Source: a virus
Reading direction: 5' to 3' (one strand)
Virus record (IMG/VR): IMGVR_UViG_3300033752_000289
Length of the DNA stretch: 64,000 nucleotides
The notes under the pieces: generated by a model
Told to the model about the DNA's origin: nothing
The model's database searches: none
What the model saw: only the letters and a program-made list of their open reading frames with translations
Part shown: piece after piece, positions 35,584 to 44,132 of the stretch
How positions within the stretch are numbered: position 1 is the stretch's first letter
Layout of the letters: the number at the start of each line of letters is the position of its first letter
Program-made: the position numbers and the translations under genes

Positions 35584-35882
35584 TGTTTCAGGCCCAGCGC
35601 GCGGTCAAGTCCGCTTTGCACGAGGCACAGGCCGAGGGCGGCCTAGTGTTGCGGTGCACCGGCCAGGCGTACGACCGGTTCATGCGGCCCGTCGGCAGCA
35701 TGTGCACCGCCGTGCTGGTCCCGTTCCTCCACGAGACACCGAAGGAGACCGTCAACAGGGCCCGTGCCAAGGGGTGGGCGATTCTGACCGACTCGAGAAC
35801 GGGACAGGTCAAGTCGGCGATGTGCCCTTCCTGCCGGGCCCCCGAGGGTCGGCCCGTACCCGCGATGGCGAGGTCGCGATGA
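35583..35882 (+). CDS. hypothetical Cys-containing protein
   Basis: Internal ATG of ORF 35565..35882, overlapping the previous stop (TGATG). Confidence 0.5.
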   Translation: MFQAQRAVKSALHEAQAEGGLVLRCTGQAYDRFMRPVGSMCTAVLVPFLHETPKETVNRARAKGWAILTDSRTGQVKSAMCPSCRAPEGRPVPAMARSR

Positions 35883-36439
35883 GGGCCATCACCGTACGGC
35901 AGCCGTGGGCCTGGGCGATTGCCCACGGGTGGAAGCCGGTGGAGAACCGGGTGCAGCCCACCCGGCACCGCGGAGTGATCGCCATCCACAGCGCGCTCAC
36001 CCTCGAAGAGGGCGCGAGGTTCCCGGACCGCGATGCGGAGGAGGCGCGGCGCCGCGCCGGCGCCTACTGGAACCCGGCCGTGCCCGGCGACCGGCCCCAC
36101 GACGACCACCCCGACCCCGCAACCGCGCTCGGAGCGGTGATCGCGGTGGCGAACCTCGTCGACTGCCACTCGGCCGCCACCGTGCCGCGGCTCGACGGCA
36201 CCACCGGAACCTGCTGCGAACCGTGGGGCATGCCCGGCCACCACCACCTCGTGTTCGAGGGCGTGCTGCTGCTGGAAGATCCGATCCCGTTGCCCGGCCA
36301 GCTGGGCGTCTGGTCTTTCCAGTCGGACGAGCGGCTGTACATGCAGACGCTTCGCTACGGCGACCACTCCATCACACGACTGCTCACGAAGGAGGCTCAT
36401 GTCGCTCGGACGAAAGCTCCGTCGCGCCACGGCCGTTAG
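35879..36439 (+). CDS. ASCH-domain protein
   Basis: MRAITVRQPWAWAIAHGWKPVENR is the classic ASCH N-terminus. Confidence 0.7.
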   Translation: MRAITVRQPWAWAIAHGWKPVENRVQPTRHRGVIAIHSALTLEEGARFPDRDAEEARRRAGAYWNPAVPGDRPHDDHPDPATALGAVIAVANLVDCHSAATVPRLDGTTGTCCEPWGMPGHHHLVFEGVLLLEDPIPLPGQLGVWSFQSDERLYMQTLRYGDHSITRLLTKEAHVARTKAPSRHGR

Positions 36440-36797
36440 CCGCAGCCGGATCGAGGTCAAACGCGCCGCGGCCGAGCGTCGGATCGACGCCTACCGGTGC
36501 TCCGGCGACGGGGTACAGCCGCAAGCCCACATCACCATCACCATCCAGGTCGACCGCGGCCACGCACCGGACACCATCCCCTGCCCGGAGTGCGGTGGCA
36601 CCGCGCGGTCGCTTCGCCGCCCGAGAGCCGCGATCAGGTTCGAGCCGACTCACGAGCTGTATCTGCCCAGGGGCCCCGAGGCGAAGGCGATCCTCGACGC
36701 CGGCGGGGAGGACGCCGATCGGCTCCGCCGGGCCGAGCTGTTCCTCCGGCCGCGCCGCCACCCGTTGCACCTCAAGGCGGTGGCCAATGGCCGGTGA
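36399..36797 (+). CDS. hypothetical protein with a CPEC zinc-ribbon-like motif
   Basis: 132-aa ORF with AAGGAGG upstream. Confidence 0.5.
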   Translation: MSLGRKLRRATAVSRSRIEVKRAAAERRIDAYRCSGDGVQPQAHITITIQVDRGHAPDTIPCPECGGTARSLRRPRAAIRFEPTHELYLPRGPEAKAILDAGGEDADRLRRAELFLRPRRHPLHLKAVANGR

Positions 36798-37152
36798 CCT
36801 GCTGACCCCGGACGAGCACCGGGCGCTGGAGCTCACCGCCGAGCTATCGGCTGTGCTCAGTCGGATCATCCGCGCTGGCGCGCAGGAGGCCATCGCGCAG
36901 CCGCACGTGACGCGGGAGATGATCGCCGCGGAAGCAGACCGGCGGGAAGTCACTGCGCTCATCCACAGCATCCAGAACGCGATCCTGGCCCAGGCCGCGG
37001 CCCGCGCCTACCCGGACCGGTACCGGCTGTTGGGCGGGGTACTCAGTCGAGTCGAGATGGCTGTCCCTGGCCGCTGTGTCGCCAACCGCGAGACACAAGC
37101 CGAAGGCTCGTCTGATCCTGCACGCCATGACCCGCCACCCCTCGGGAGGTAG
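36787..37152 (+). CDS. hypothetical protein
   Basis: Internal ATG of ORF 35905..37152. Sensible helical sequence from MAGDLLTPDEHRALEL onward. Confidence 0.5.
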   Translation: MAGDLLTPDEHRALELTAELSAVLSRIIRAGAQEAIAQPHVTREMIAAEADRREVTALIHSIQNAILAQAAARAYPDRYRLLGGVLSRVEMAVPGRCVANRETQAEGSSDPARHDPPPLGR

Positions 37153-37159
37153 TGACCCC

Positions 37160-37441
37160 ATGACCGTTGCCACGGTCGCCCCACGGCCGCCATGGGACGC
37201 GGAAACCACCGTGCTGCGGCCGGTGCACGCCCGGCCCGTGGCCGCCCCACCGGTACGACCGAAGCCGCTGCTGATCATGCCGCTGGCCGGAACCGATGTT
37301 GGCCTGCAGAGCCGGCTCCTGGATGCGGTCGCCTCGTGGTACGAGCGCGAGTTCCAGCGGCCGATGCCGAACACCCACGTCGCGTATGAGGAGACTCCGC
37401 TCGGGCCAGCGATGGTCGTCTACTCACGGCCTGTGGCGTGA
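37160..37441 (+). CDS. hypothetical protein
   Basis: GGGAGG upstream. In frame with ORF 37076..37441. Confidence 0.5.
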   Translation: MTVATVAPRPPWDAETTVLRPVHARPVAAPPVRPKPLLIMPLAGTDVGLQSRLLDAVASWYEREFQRPMPNTHVAYEETPLGPAMVVYSRPVA

Positions 37442-37457
37442 GGCGGAGGGAGAACCG

Positions 37458-37826
37458 ATGGGCATCGTTAACGCCGCTCTCGGGCCGCACGACGTCGAGC
37501 CCACCGACGGTCCCGAGCCGCTCGCGCCCGGGAAGTGGGCCGGCATCGTCCGCACCGACCACGAGGGGTTCATCATCGAGGTGCTTGGCGACCCGCCGCA
37601 CACCGTCGTCCTGCGCACCGACCGGGGCGACTACACCCTGCCCGCCGACACCGTGGAGCTCCGCGACGAGCCCGGCATCCCCGAGGCGATGGCCGCGGCC
37701 CGCACCGTGCTCGACGAGTACTTTGAGGACTTGGACAGCATCACCATCGAGGACCTCTTGCATGACGTCGTGCGCGCCGTCCTCGACGCGCACCGGGCCG
37801 CCTCGAAAGCGAGGCCCCATGCGTAA
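37458..37826 (+). CDS. hypothetical acidic protein
   Basis: GGAGGGAG upstream. In frame with ORF 37296..37826. Confidence 0.55.
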   Translation: MGIVNAALGPHDVEPTDGPEPLAPGKWAGIVRTDHEGFIIEVLGDPPHTVVLRTDRGDYTLPADTVELRDEPGIPEAMAAARTVLDEYFEDLDSITIEDLLHDVVRAVLDAHRAASKARPHA

Positions 37827-38133
37827 CCACGGTCCCTGCCCCGAGTGCGGTGACGGTACCCACCGCACCTTCGCGGTGCCGCCCGAGTGGGGCACCTACG
37901 ACCCGGCCAACCCGTGGCGGTCCCTAGCACCGACCGTCGACTGCGGCGATGGGCGTATGGCGCTGGCCAGCGTCGGCGACTTCCCGACCCGCGAGGAGGC
38001 GTGCGCCGCCGCGGTCGCGAAGGTGATCATCCACAACGCCGACGACCTCAAGCCCGCGGTCGAGCAGGCCGAGAGGATCGTCGCGGCCGTGCGACGCGAG
38101 GCCGCCCAGCTGGCCGCGGGGAGTCAACTGTGA
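37819..38133 (+). CDS. hypothetical protein with a CPEC motif
   Basis: In frame with ORF 37438..38133. Confidence 0.55.
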   Translation: MRNHGPCPECGDGTHRTFAVPPEWGTYDPANPWRSLAPTVDCGDGRMALASVGDFPTREEACAAAVAKVIIHNADDLKPAVEQAERIVAAVRREAAQLAAGSQL

Positions 38134-38135
38134 CG

Positions 38136-38621
38136 TCAGCCAAGGGCGGCTGGGTCAACGAACCGCACCGACACGCCCGCCTGGAGACCGGTCCCGACCA
38201 GCTCAGCAACTGTCTCCCGGTCGAGGCCGGTCACGGGCATCTCGATCGGTGTGCCGGTGGCGATCGCGGCCGCCGTCCGCAGCCTGGCCGCCATGATGCA
38301 GTGCAGCCGCCCCGCGAGCGGCCCGTCAGGGGCCAGCGCCGTGTCGACGTCCTGCCACCGCACCCCCGTCGCCCGGCCGGTGTCGTCCCAGTCGAGCAGC
38401 AGCGTGCACACCTGCGTGTTGTCGAGCACCGAGGACAGCACGGTCACCGCGAGTACTTCCGCAGGTGTGCTGGCCGCCTCGAGCAGAGACGCCCAGATCT
38501 GGGCCGGGTCGATGACCGGAGTCGGCTCGGGGCCCGGCTCCTCACCGCCGGGCAGCTCCTCACCCGGTGGCTCCTCCGGCTCCGAGGGCTCGTCGGGTGG
38601 TGGGTTCTCCGGTTCGGTCAT
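38136..38621 (-). CDS. hypothetical acidic Pro/Glu-rich protein (lone leftward gene)
   Basis: High GC3 from MTEPENPP onward. The overlapping plus-strand ORFs are Arg/Pro-rich shadow ORFs. Confidence 0.5.
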   Translation of the reverse strand: MTEPENPPPDEPSEPEEPPGEELPGGEEPGPEPTPVIDPAQIWASLLEAASTPAEVLAVTVLSSVLDNTQVCTLLLDWDDTGRATGVRWQDVDTALAPDGPLAGRLHCIMAARLRTAAAIATGTPIEMPVTGLDRETVAELVGTGLQAGVSVRFVDPAALG

Positions 38622-38668
38622 GGCTTCACATCGTCCCCACATCCCCGATTTGCGTCTGGAGCGCACTG

Positions 38669-39199
38669 ATGACCACCACTGCCACCCCTATCGAGCAGGA
38701 GCAGCTGCCGTTCGGCGGCACCTGGCGCGAGTACCAGCGCGAGCTCGTCGAGCGGGCGATGGCCAATGACGCGCGGTTCGCACGTCTCAGCGCGCCAGGG
38801 ATGGAGCCGCACCCCCCCGAGGAGGTCGACGCGGCCTGGACCGCGGCCTACGGTGCCATCGACGCCTGGTCGCTTGTCGCGGTGCTCGAGTGGATAGCCC
38901 GCACTTACGGCGAGCGTGCCGCCTGGGTTGCCGCCGGCATCGCCCAGGTCACCGGCTACGACGGCAACCCGGACCTCATCGGCAACGCCGTCGCCGGCGC
39001 CCGGCCACACCCGGCCCCGGCAGCTGTCGCCCGGCTGCTGCCGCTGGTGCGGCGCCTGGTGGACGCCCAGCAGGACATGGCCACCCGCTACGCCACCGCC
39101 GGCGAGGACGAACGCATGGAGATCTGGACCCGGCTGCACGAGGCCGGCCGGCAGCTGCGAGAGGCCCTGGCTCAGATCGACGGGGTAGCCGGTGGCTGA
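38669..39199 (+). CDS. hypothetical protein
   Basis: In frame with ORF 38567..39199, from MTTTATPIEQ onward. Confidence 0.55.
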   Translation: MTTTATPIEQEQLPFGGTWREYQRELVERAMANDARFARLSAPGMEPHPPEEVDAAWTAAYGAIDAWSLVAVLEWIARTYGERAAWVAAGIAQVTGYDGNPDLIGNAVAGARPHPAPAAVARLLPLVRRLVDAQQDMATRYATAGEDERMEIWTRLHEAGRQLREALAQIDGVAGG

Positions 39200-39425
39200 C
39201 GACGCCGACCTCGCCGTCGGCAACGGCCGGAACCGGGCCAACGTCGCCCACGGCACCGGTGCGGTGCTGCTCCAGATCCGCGAGCAGCACGCCGACGCGA
39301 TCTATACCCCGGGCGAGGCCGTGCGCCTCGCCTTCAACCTCGTCCGTCAGGCCATCTACGCCTGGCGGGAAGCCAGGAAGTTCAGGAGAGCAGCTCGACA
39401 GGTCATTGGCGACTGGAGGGTGTGA
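39192..39425 (+). CDS. hypothetical protein
   Basis: 77-aa ORF. Confidence 0.45.
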   Translation: MADDADLAVGNGRNRANVAHGTGAVLLQIREQHADAIYTPGEAVRLAFNLVRQAIYAWREARKFRRAARQVIGDWRV

Positions 39426-39426
39426 C

Positions 39427-40113
39427 ATGCGCGATCCGCTATGCGTTGCCTTCACAGTCCGGGCACCTGTTCCACGGCGCAGCGAGTCCGGTGACCGCCT
39501 CGCGCGCCGGCGCGGGGTGCGGTGGGGCCGAGTTCTCACCTACGTGGTGCTCGCCGGTCGCGCCTACGACTTTCCGCCCCTCGTGACGGTGTGGCACCGG
39601 GAGCCGCGCGGTCGCGACTCCGGCACGGTCTGCCGTAACCCCAAGGCGCAGCGCTGGCACATCCACCACTGGAAGCTCCAGGTCCACCCGCTTCAGGAAG
39701 CGCGGCGATGGCTGCTGACCCGCTGCACTTGGTGCGGCGGGCCGCACCGCCGCAACGATCCCGTGAACGTCAGCGGCTCCTGGAGCCGACCACGCACACC
39801 GTGGTGGCGCGGCGAAGTAGGCCTCTACCACCTTGACTGTCACTCGATCTCGCGGGCGCACGATACCTGCCTGTGCCCGCGGCCTCGGCCCGAGCACGGT
39901 GACTACGGCTGGTGCGCTCTGTGCGGGAAGTTCCGCCCGTTCGGCCTCAAGGAGGAGCAGCTGCGCCGCATGAAGCTGCTCACCACGATCCCGCCTGGCC
40001 AGCGTGATCGAGAGATCTATGGCCGGTACTGCGAGCTCGCCCGGAGCGAGCAGGCAGTCGTAGCCGAGGCCGAGCGAATAGTCCGAGCCGCAGCAGGAGG
40101 GACTGATGTCTGA
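39427..40113 (+). CDS. Cys/His-rich protein (several CxxC pairs)
   Basis: TRCTWCGG..., CHSISRAHDTCLC, WCALCGKF. Confidence 0.55.
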   Translation: MRDPLCVAFTVRAPVPRRSESGDRLARRRGVRWGRVLTYVVLAGRAYDFPPLVTVWHREPRGRDSGTVCRNPKAQRWHIHHWKLQVHPLQEARRWLLTRCTWCGGPHRRNDPVNVSGSWSRPRTPWWRGEVGLYHLDCHSISRAHDTCLCPRPRPEHGDYGWCALCGKFRPFGLKEEQLRRMKLLTTIPPGQRDREIYGRYCELARSEQAVVAEAERIVRAAAGGTDV

Positions 40114-40501
40114 CGAACGTGCCGAGCTGGTGGCCATCAACGTACGACCGGTCGCGACGTGCCGCGTCGGTGGATGCCGGTGGAGTTCCGGCCTCACGAC
40201 ACGGGTCTGGTCGCCCTGTACCTGCCGCCGCGTCACCGACCCGGAGACCGCGGCGCGCCACGCCGATCGGTGGCAGCAGTTCGCGCTGTACCTGGTCATC
40301 GCTTGCGTGCTGATCACGCCAGGCATCGTCTTCAAGGGCGCGCTCGCCTTCCACGAGATCCTGATCGTGATCACCGTCGAGTGGCTCGCCGTGGTGCTGC
40401 CGCTGCTGCGCGGCATGTGGTGGCAGGGCTATGCCCGGGGCCTCGCCAACCGGGACCAGGCGGCCGAGCAGCCGAGGGAGCTCGAGGTCGTCCAGCGATG
40501 A
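40106..40501 (+). CDS. membrane protein
   Basis: 131-aa ORF with 2-3 hydrophobic helices. Confidence 0.5.
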   Translation: MSDERAELVAINVRPVATCRVGGCRWSSGLTTRVWSPCTCRRVTDPETAARHADRWQQFALYLVIACVLITPGIVFKGALAFHEILIVITVEWLAVVLPLLRGMWWQGYARGLANRDQAAEQPRELEVVQR

Positions 40502-40689
40502 CCGGCCGCCGCCGTCCACCCCCTCGGCCACGGTGCCCGGAGTGCGGCATCCCGCTGCACCATCGGTTGGTCGCCGCCGGCGAGACCATCCACCCCACCT
40601 GTGACCCCGCCGACCGGCACCTGTATGCAAGCAAACGGCCGGGAACCTTGAATCCGGCCGTCGGAATTCAAGAGAGGTCGCAACCGTGA
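40498..40689 (+). CDS. small zinc-ribbon-like protein
   Basis: CPECG...HPTC. ATGA overlap with the previous gene. Confidence 0.45.
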   Translation: MTGRRRPPPRPRCPECGIPLHHRLVAAGETIHPTCDPADRHLYASKRPGTLNPAVGIQERSQP

Positions 40690-40916
40690 CCACGCCACCC
40701 CCGGACACCCGGCCCTACCGACTCCCGAGCGCCTCCGGTCCCGAGCGCGCCACCACGACCATCAGCGAGGGCTGGCTCGGGCAGAGCGGGGCCTTCTACT
40801 CCCTGGACGAGGACCCGAAGCCGCACGAACCGGGCTCGTACAGTCCCCTGTGGATACTTGCCGACGACGACCTGATCCCCGAGGACGAGTGGGACGCAAC
40901 CCGACCAAGGTCATAG
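40686..40916 (+). CDS. hypothetical protein
   Basis: 76-aa ORF with a GTGA overlap. Confidence 0.45.
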   Translation: MTTPPPDTRPYRLPSASGPERATTTISEGWLGQSGAFYSLDEDPKPHEPGSYSPLWILADDDLIPEDEWDATRPRS

Positions 40917-40927
40917 CCTCCGGGGCC

Positions 40928-41395
40928 ATGGTCACCTCGCTCGCTGCGCAGGCGTTCCCCAGTCTTGCAATCGTGCCTTTCGATCTGCTCCGTATCGCCA
41001 TCGTCGTCGCCGCCGCGCTCATCGGCGGCCTGCTCGTCTGGGAGATCCGGCTGCGCTGGCAGGACCGTACCGTCTGGTACCAGCTGGCCGCCGCGCTCAT
41101 CTTCGGCGCCCCGCTCGTCCTCGGCGAGATGCACGCGATCGGCACCCCACCGACGGGGCGACTCGCCCTGGTGTGCGCCGGGATGGCCTTGGTCGCCGCC
41201 GGCATCGTGCGGACCCGCCGGCAACGGCGCGCTGCGGTCGAAGCCACCCGTGTCGCCCGGACCCGAACGATGGTGCTGCCACCGCTCCGACCCGGTGTGG
41301 CCCGGGGGATCGCCCCCTTCGTGCCGCCGCCCGGTCCGCCGAACGTGGTTCGGATGACCGTCGGTGTCGCCCCGGTCCGGGCGTTCCGCCGCTGA
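40928..41395 (+). CDS. membrane protein (3-4 TM)
   Basis: In frame with ORF 40850..41395, from MVTSLAAQAF onward. Confidence 0.5.
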   Translation: MVTSLAAQAFPSLAIVPFDLLRIAIVVAAALIGGLLVWEIRLRWQDRTVWYQLAAALIFGAPLVLGEMHAIGTPPTGRLALVCAGMALVAAGIVRTRRQRRAAVEATRVARTRTMVLPPLRPGVARGIAPFVPPPGPPNVVRMTVGVAPVRAFRR

Positions 41396-41421
41396 CAGAC
41401 CCTCCCGGTATACTACGTGTG

Positions 41422-41440
41422 TGCGGGCGAGCGACCCGCA
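41422..41440 (+). promoter_or_regulatory. PH element copy
   Basis: TATACT at 41409-41414. ATG at 41451. Confidence 0.75.
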
Positions 41441-41450
41441 CAGGGAGGAG

Positions 41451-41816
41451 ATGAGCATGAGGGTCAAGATGTTCTGGGAGATCGCCGAAGAGTACGAGGC
41501 GGTGCTCTCGGAGAAGACGCTGGCTCGCCTCGGCGTCGAGGTCGAGAACGGCCGGATCGTCGACAGCACGCCGGAACTGGAGCACTACCTGGCGTCGCTG
41601 GAGCGCGGCGACACCAGCGTCGCGGTCCGCGAGCGGCTCATCTCGTACGAGGTCGAGCCCACCGACGAGCCGGAGACGCCCGAGTTCCGGGCCAGCTCGG
41701 ACCTACTGGAGCTGTACCGGCGCTGCAAGGCGCTGGAGAAGCCCGACGGCACCTGGCCGGCCGCCGACATCACCCAGGAGCTGACCCGGTTCTTCGCCGA
41801 GCGCGGCCTTCAGTAG
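41451..41816 (+). CDS. hypothetical acidic protein
   Basis: ATG 10 nt after the PH hairpin, with SD GGGAGGAG. Confidence 0.6.
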   Translation: MSMRVKMFWEIAEEYEAVLSEKTLARLGVEVENGRIVDSTPELEHYLASLERGDTSVAVRERLISYEVEPTDEPETPEFRASSDLLELYRRCKALEKPDGTWPAADITQELTRFFAERGLQ

Positions 41817-41898
41817 CACCGCATCATCGATGCCCGGGGTCGGGCCGCCGGCCCCGGGCACCTTCCTGTGCTCGCCCGGCTGTGGTATCATTTGTGTG

Positions 41899-41917
41899 TG
41901 CGGGCGAGCGACCCGCA
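41899..41917 (+). promoter_or_regulatory. PH element copy
   Basis: TGgTATCAT at 41883-41891. ATG at 41936. Confidence 0.75.
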
Positions 41918-41935
41918 CAGGAAGGAGCGGTGCTC

Positions 41936-42469
41936 ATGGCCCAACACCGGACCGAGCGCCGATCCCTCAAGTGGATCGGAGTTCTGCTCGGCCTCCTCCT
42001 CCTGGCACTGCACGGATGTCTGGCCCTCATGCCGACTCCGCCCGACAGTGCCCGGTCGGTGGGAACCGCAGTCACAGCCCCGGCCACGGCCGAGGCGGAC
42101 CGGGACCCGGAGCGGAAGACAGTGCGGCGGCTGACCGGAGCCCGCACGACGCCGACGCCGACCGACACCCCCACCACCCCCATCACGGTGATGGACACGG
42201 TGCCGGACGGCCCGGCCCCCGCCCCGACCAACCGCACCGCCGCAGGCGCACCGGCGAAGCCAGCGGCAGGGTCGGCACCCACCCCCCGGGTGGAGCCGAC
42301 GGGCCAACCAACCACCCGACCGCCGGCCACCACGCCGGCACCCACCCCGTCCCCTGAGCGGACGACGCCGGAGCCCACGACGGCACCCACCACGGTGGCA
42401 CCCACCACGGTGGAGCCCCCCGTGGAGCCGTCGCCCACTCCCTCGCCCACCCCGCCCCTGCGGGACTGA
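41936..42469 (+). CDS. putative secreted lipoprotein, Pro/Thr-rich
   Basis: Signal peptide with a lipobox-like LLALHGC, then a long PT-rich region. PH element upstream. Confidence 0.6.
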   Translation: MAQHRTERRSLKWIGVLLGLLLLALHGCLALMPTPPDSARSVGTAVTAPATAEADRDPERKTVRRLTGARTTPTPTDTPTTPITVMDTVPDGPAPAPTNRTAAGAPAKPAAGSAPTPRVEPTGQPTTRPPATTPAPTPSPERTTPEPTTAPTTVAPTTVEPPVEPSPTPSPTPPLRD

Positions 42470-42489
42470 GCGAGAGGGGACCTGACCCA

Positions 42490-42521
42490 GGGGCCGCCAG
42501 TCATCCGGGGCTGGCGGCCCC
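42490..42521 (+). terminator. hairpin terminator, 11-bp stem
   Basis: ggggccgccag-N10-ctggcggcccc, directly before the promoter of the next unit. Confidence 0.55.
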
Positions 42522-42543
42522 GCCGTTGGCATAATCGCGGGTG

Positions 42544-42562
42544 TGCGGGTGAGCGACCCGCA
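42544..42562 (+). promoter_or_regulatory. PH element copy
   Basis: CATAAT at 42530-42535. GTG at 42583. Confidence 0.7.
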
Positions 42563-42582
42563 GCCGGGAAAGGAAGGCAGCC

Positions 42583-42780
42583 GTGATCATCAACGGGCCA
42601 ACCATCGAGCAGACCTACATGCTCCAACTCAAGGGCCCAAGGGGGTGGAACTGGTACTCGTCAGCCGAGTACACCGACCCCGAGGACATCCGTACATTGC
42701 TCCGCGACATCTACGGCGGGGCGTTCGCGGCGGAAGGGATGCACCGCATCATCGTGGTCACCCGGACCGTGATGAAGTGA
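42583..42780 (+). CDS. hypothetical protein
   Basis: GTG 20 nt after the PH hairpin, with SD GGAAAGGAAGG. Confidence 0.55.
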   Translation: MIINGPTIEQTYMLQLKGPRGWNWYSSAEYTDPEDIRTLLRDIYGGAFAAEGMHRIIVVTRTVMK

Positions 42781-42837
42781 CCTTCGGCCCGGACCACCAC
42801 GTGTGGTCCGGGCCGGTCGTCTTCATGGGAGCCAGCT

Positions 42838-43065
42838 ATGGCCGAAGACTTCGCCACCATCTACCGCCGCTACCGCGCCGGCGAACCGTATGCGCGTGTC
42901 GCAGCCGAGCTGGAGCACAGGCGCCAGACACTGGAGGAACAGCGGCGCCGCGAGGACGCGATCCTCGCCGCCGCTGACCGGCCTGGCGCCGACCCGCATC
43001 TGCTTGCAGTGGCGCAGCAGATCCGGGAGCACCGCGACGCCGGCAACTACACCACCATCGGTTGA
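42838..43065 (+). CDS. hypothetical protein
   Basis: 75-aa ORF. Confidence 0.5.
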   Translation: MAEDFATIYRRYRAGEPYARVAAELEHRRQTLEEQRRREDAILAAADRPGADPHLLAVAQQIREHRDAGNYTTIG

Positions 43066-43145
43066 CGTCCGGGTGTGTACCGGGGGTGCCAGCAGCGCGC
43101 GGGCCGAACCGCAGTCATCCGGGTCGGCCGGAAGTCGGAGCTGCC

Positions 43146-43171
43146 GCGGGGTTCGACTCCCCGCAGGTCCA
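43146..43171 (+). other. tRNA 3'-end-like fragment (T-arm CGGGG-TTCGACT-CCCCG plus 7 nt plus A)
   Basis: GGTTCGACTCC T-loop signature. No matching 5' acceptor strand or anticodon arm. Confidence 0.3.
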
Positions 43172-43203
43172 CCCGGCATCACCGATGGTACGATGACCGT
43201 GTG

Positions 43204-43222
43204 TGCGGGTGAGCGACCCGCA
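43204..43222 (+). promoter_or_regulatory. PH element copy
   Basis: TGgTACGAT at 43186-43194. ATG at 43238. Confidence 0.75.
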
Positions 43223-43237
43223 AAGAGAGGAGGGATC

Positions 43238-43537
43238 ATGGCAACGCCGATGAAGCCGGAACCGCACGTCACCGTCGGCGGCCGGCGGCTTGACCAGTAC
43301 GAGCCGCTGCGCAACGGCTGCCGAGGTCCGCACAGCCTCCACAACATCAACGGCTACGTCGTCGTGCGCGCTACCGACGCCAAGGGCCGCCAGCTGGAGC
43401 CGGTGCAGGACCTGTATGTGTTCGAGGGAGACAGCAGCTACGGCGACGCGGTGCAGCTCCAACACGACATCGAGATGGATCGCAAGGGCCTAGTCTTGAT
43501 CGATTTCCTTTACGGCTGCGGCTGCCGCAGCAAGTGA
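43238..43537 (+). CDS. hypothetical protein
   Basis: ATG 15 nt after the PH hairpin, with SD GAGGAGGG. Confidence 0.6.
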   Translation: MATPMKPEPHVTVGGRRLDQYEPLRNGCRGPHSLHNINGYVVVRATDAKGRQLEPVQDLYVFEGDSSYGDAVQLQHDIEMDRKGLVLIDFLYGCGCRSK

Positions 43538-43992
43538 AGGGGCCCGGGATGCTGCGCAAAATGAGCCCCCACCGGTACGAGTTCCTCGTCGCCCTGCTGG
43601 CCCGCGCCGGCGGGATCAGCAACGCCTGGTACGAGGTGGTCGAGAACAACGTCCCCGGCAACCCGTTCCATCCGCACCTGATGATCCGGGACCGCGCCGG
43701 GAACACCCCGGCAAGCACCGTCCCATGCAAGGTAGACGTCGACCACTTCGACCAGGGCCTGCGGATGATCCGTGGAGCCCGGCCCGACCTCCTAGCGACC
43801 GGTCTGCGCCGCGACGGCTCCGAGTACCCGATCGCCGGGTACGTTGACGACACCGGCCGGCCGCTCGGAATCGACTCCGAGACCCGGGACCGGATCGTTC
43901 GCGCCGACGAGGCAGAGGACTCTAGCTGCCTGACCAACGACGACATCCTGAACATCCTCGAGGTCGCCCTGTTCGGGGCGCGCCAGCACTGA
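43534..43992 (+). CDS. hypothetical protein
   Basis: 152-aa ORF with a GTGA overlap. An alternative ATG lies at 43549. Confidence 0.55.
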   Translation: MKGPGMLRKMSPHRYEFLVALLARAGGISNAWYEVVENNVPGNPFHPHLMIRDRAGNTPASTVPCKVDVDHFDQGLRMIRGARPDLLATGLRRDGSEYPIAGYVDDTGRPLGIDSETRDRIVRADEAEDSSCLTNDDILNILEVALFGARQH

Positions 43993-44099
43993 CCCAGCGA
44001 CGCCGGCCCGATGCCATCGCCGCGGCACCGGGCCGGCGTCGCTGCACTGAGACACAAGCCCGGCTCGCCGGCCATCGTGCTGCTGGCGAGCCCGCCATC

Positions 44100-44118
44100 G
44101 GCGGGTGAGCGACCCGCC
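44100..44118 (+). promoter_or_regulatory. PH element copy
   Basis: ggcgggtgagcgacccgcc, the same subtype as 8938. The methyltransferase ATG at 44133 follows. Confidence 0.65.
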
Positions 44119-44132
44119 CCCCGGAGGAACCG

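Noticed and set aside
38131-38138. TGACGTCA core between convergent genes, as a fifth member of the palindrome family.
   Set aside because: It is only 8 bp, lacks the TCA/TGA flanks, and is produced by two facing stop codons (TGA cg TCA). It is most likely coincidental.
37887-38769. Plus-strand ORFs 37887..38669 and 38251..38769, which would keep the region co-directional.
   Set aside because: They give Arg/Pro/Gly-rich nonsense, whereas the minus-strand ORF 38136..38621 has high GC3 and a coherent acidic sequence.
43095-43171. A complete tRNA gene.
   Set aside because: Only the T-arm and the 3' acceptor-like strand are present. The sequence at the expected 5' end (GCGGGCC) cannot pair with CAGGTCC, and no anticodon stem can be drawn.
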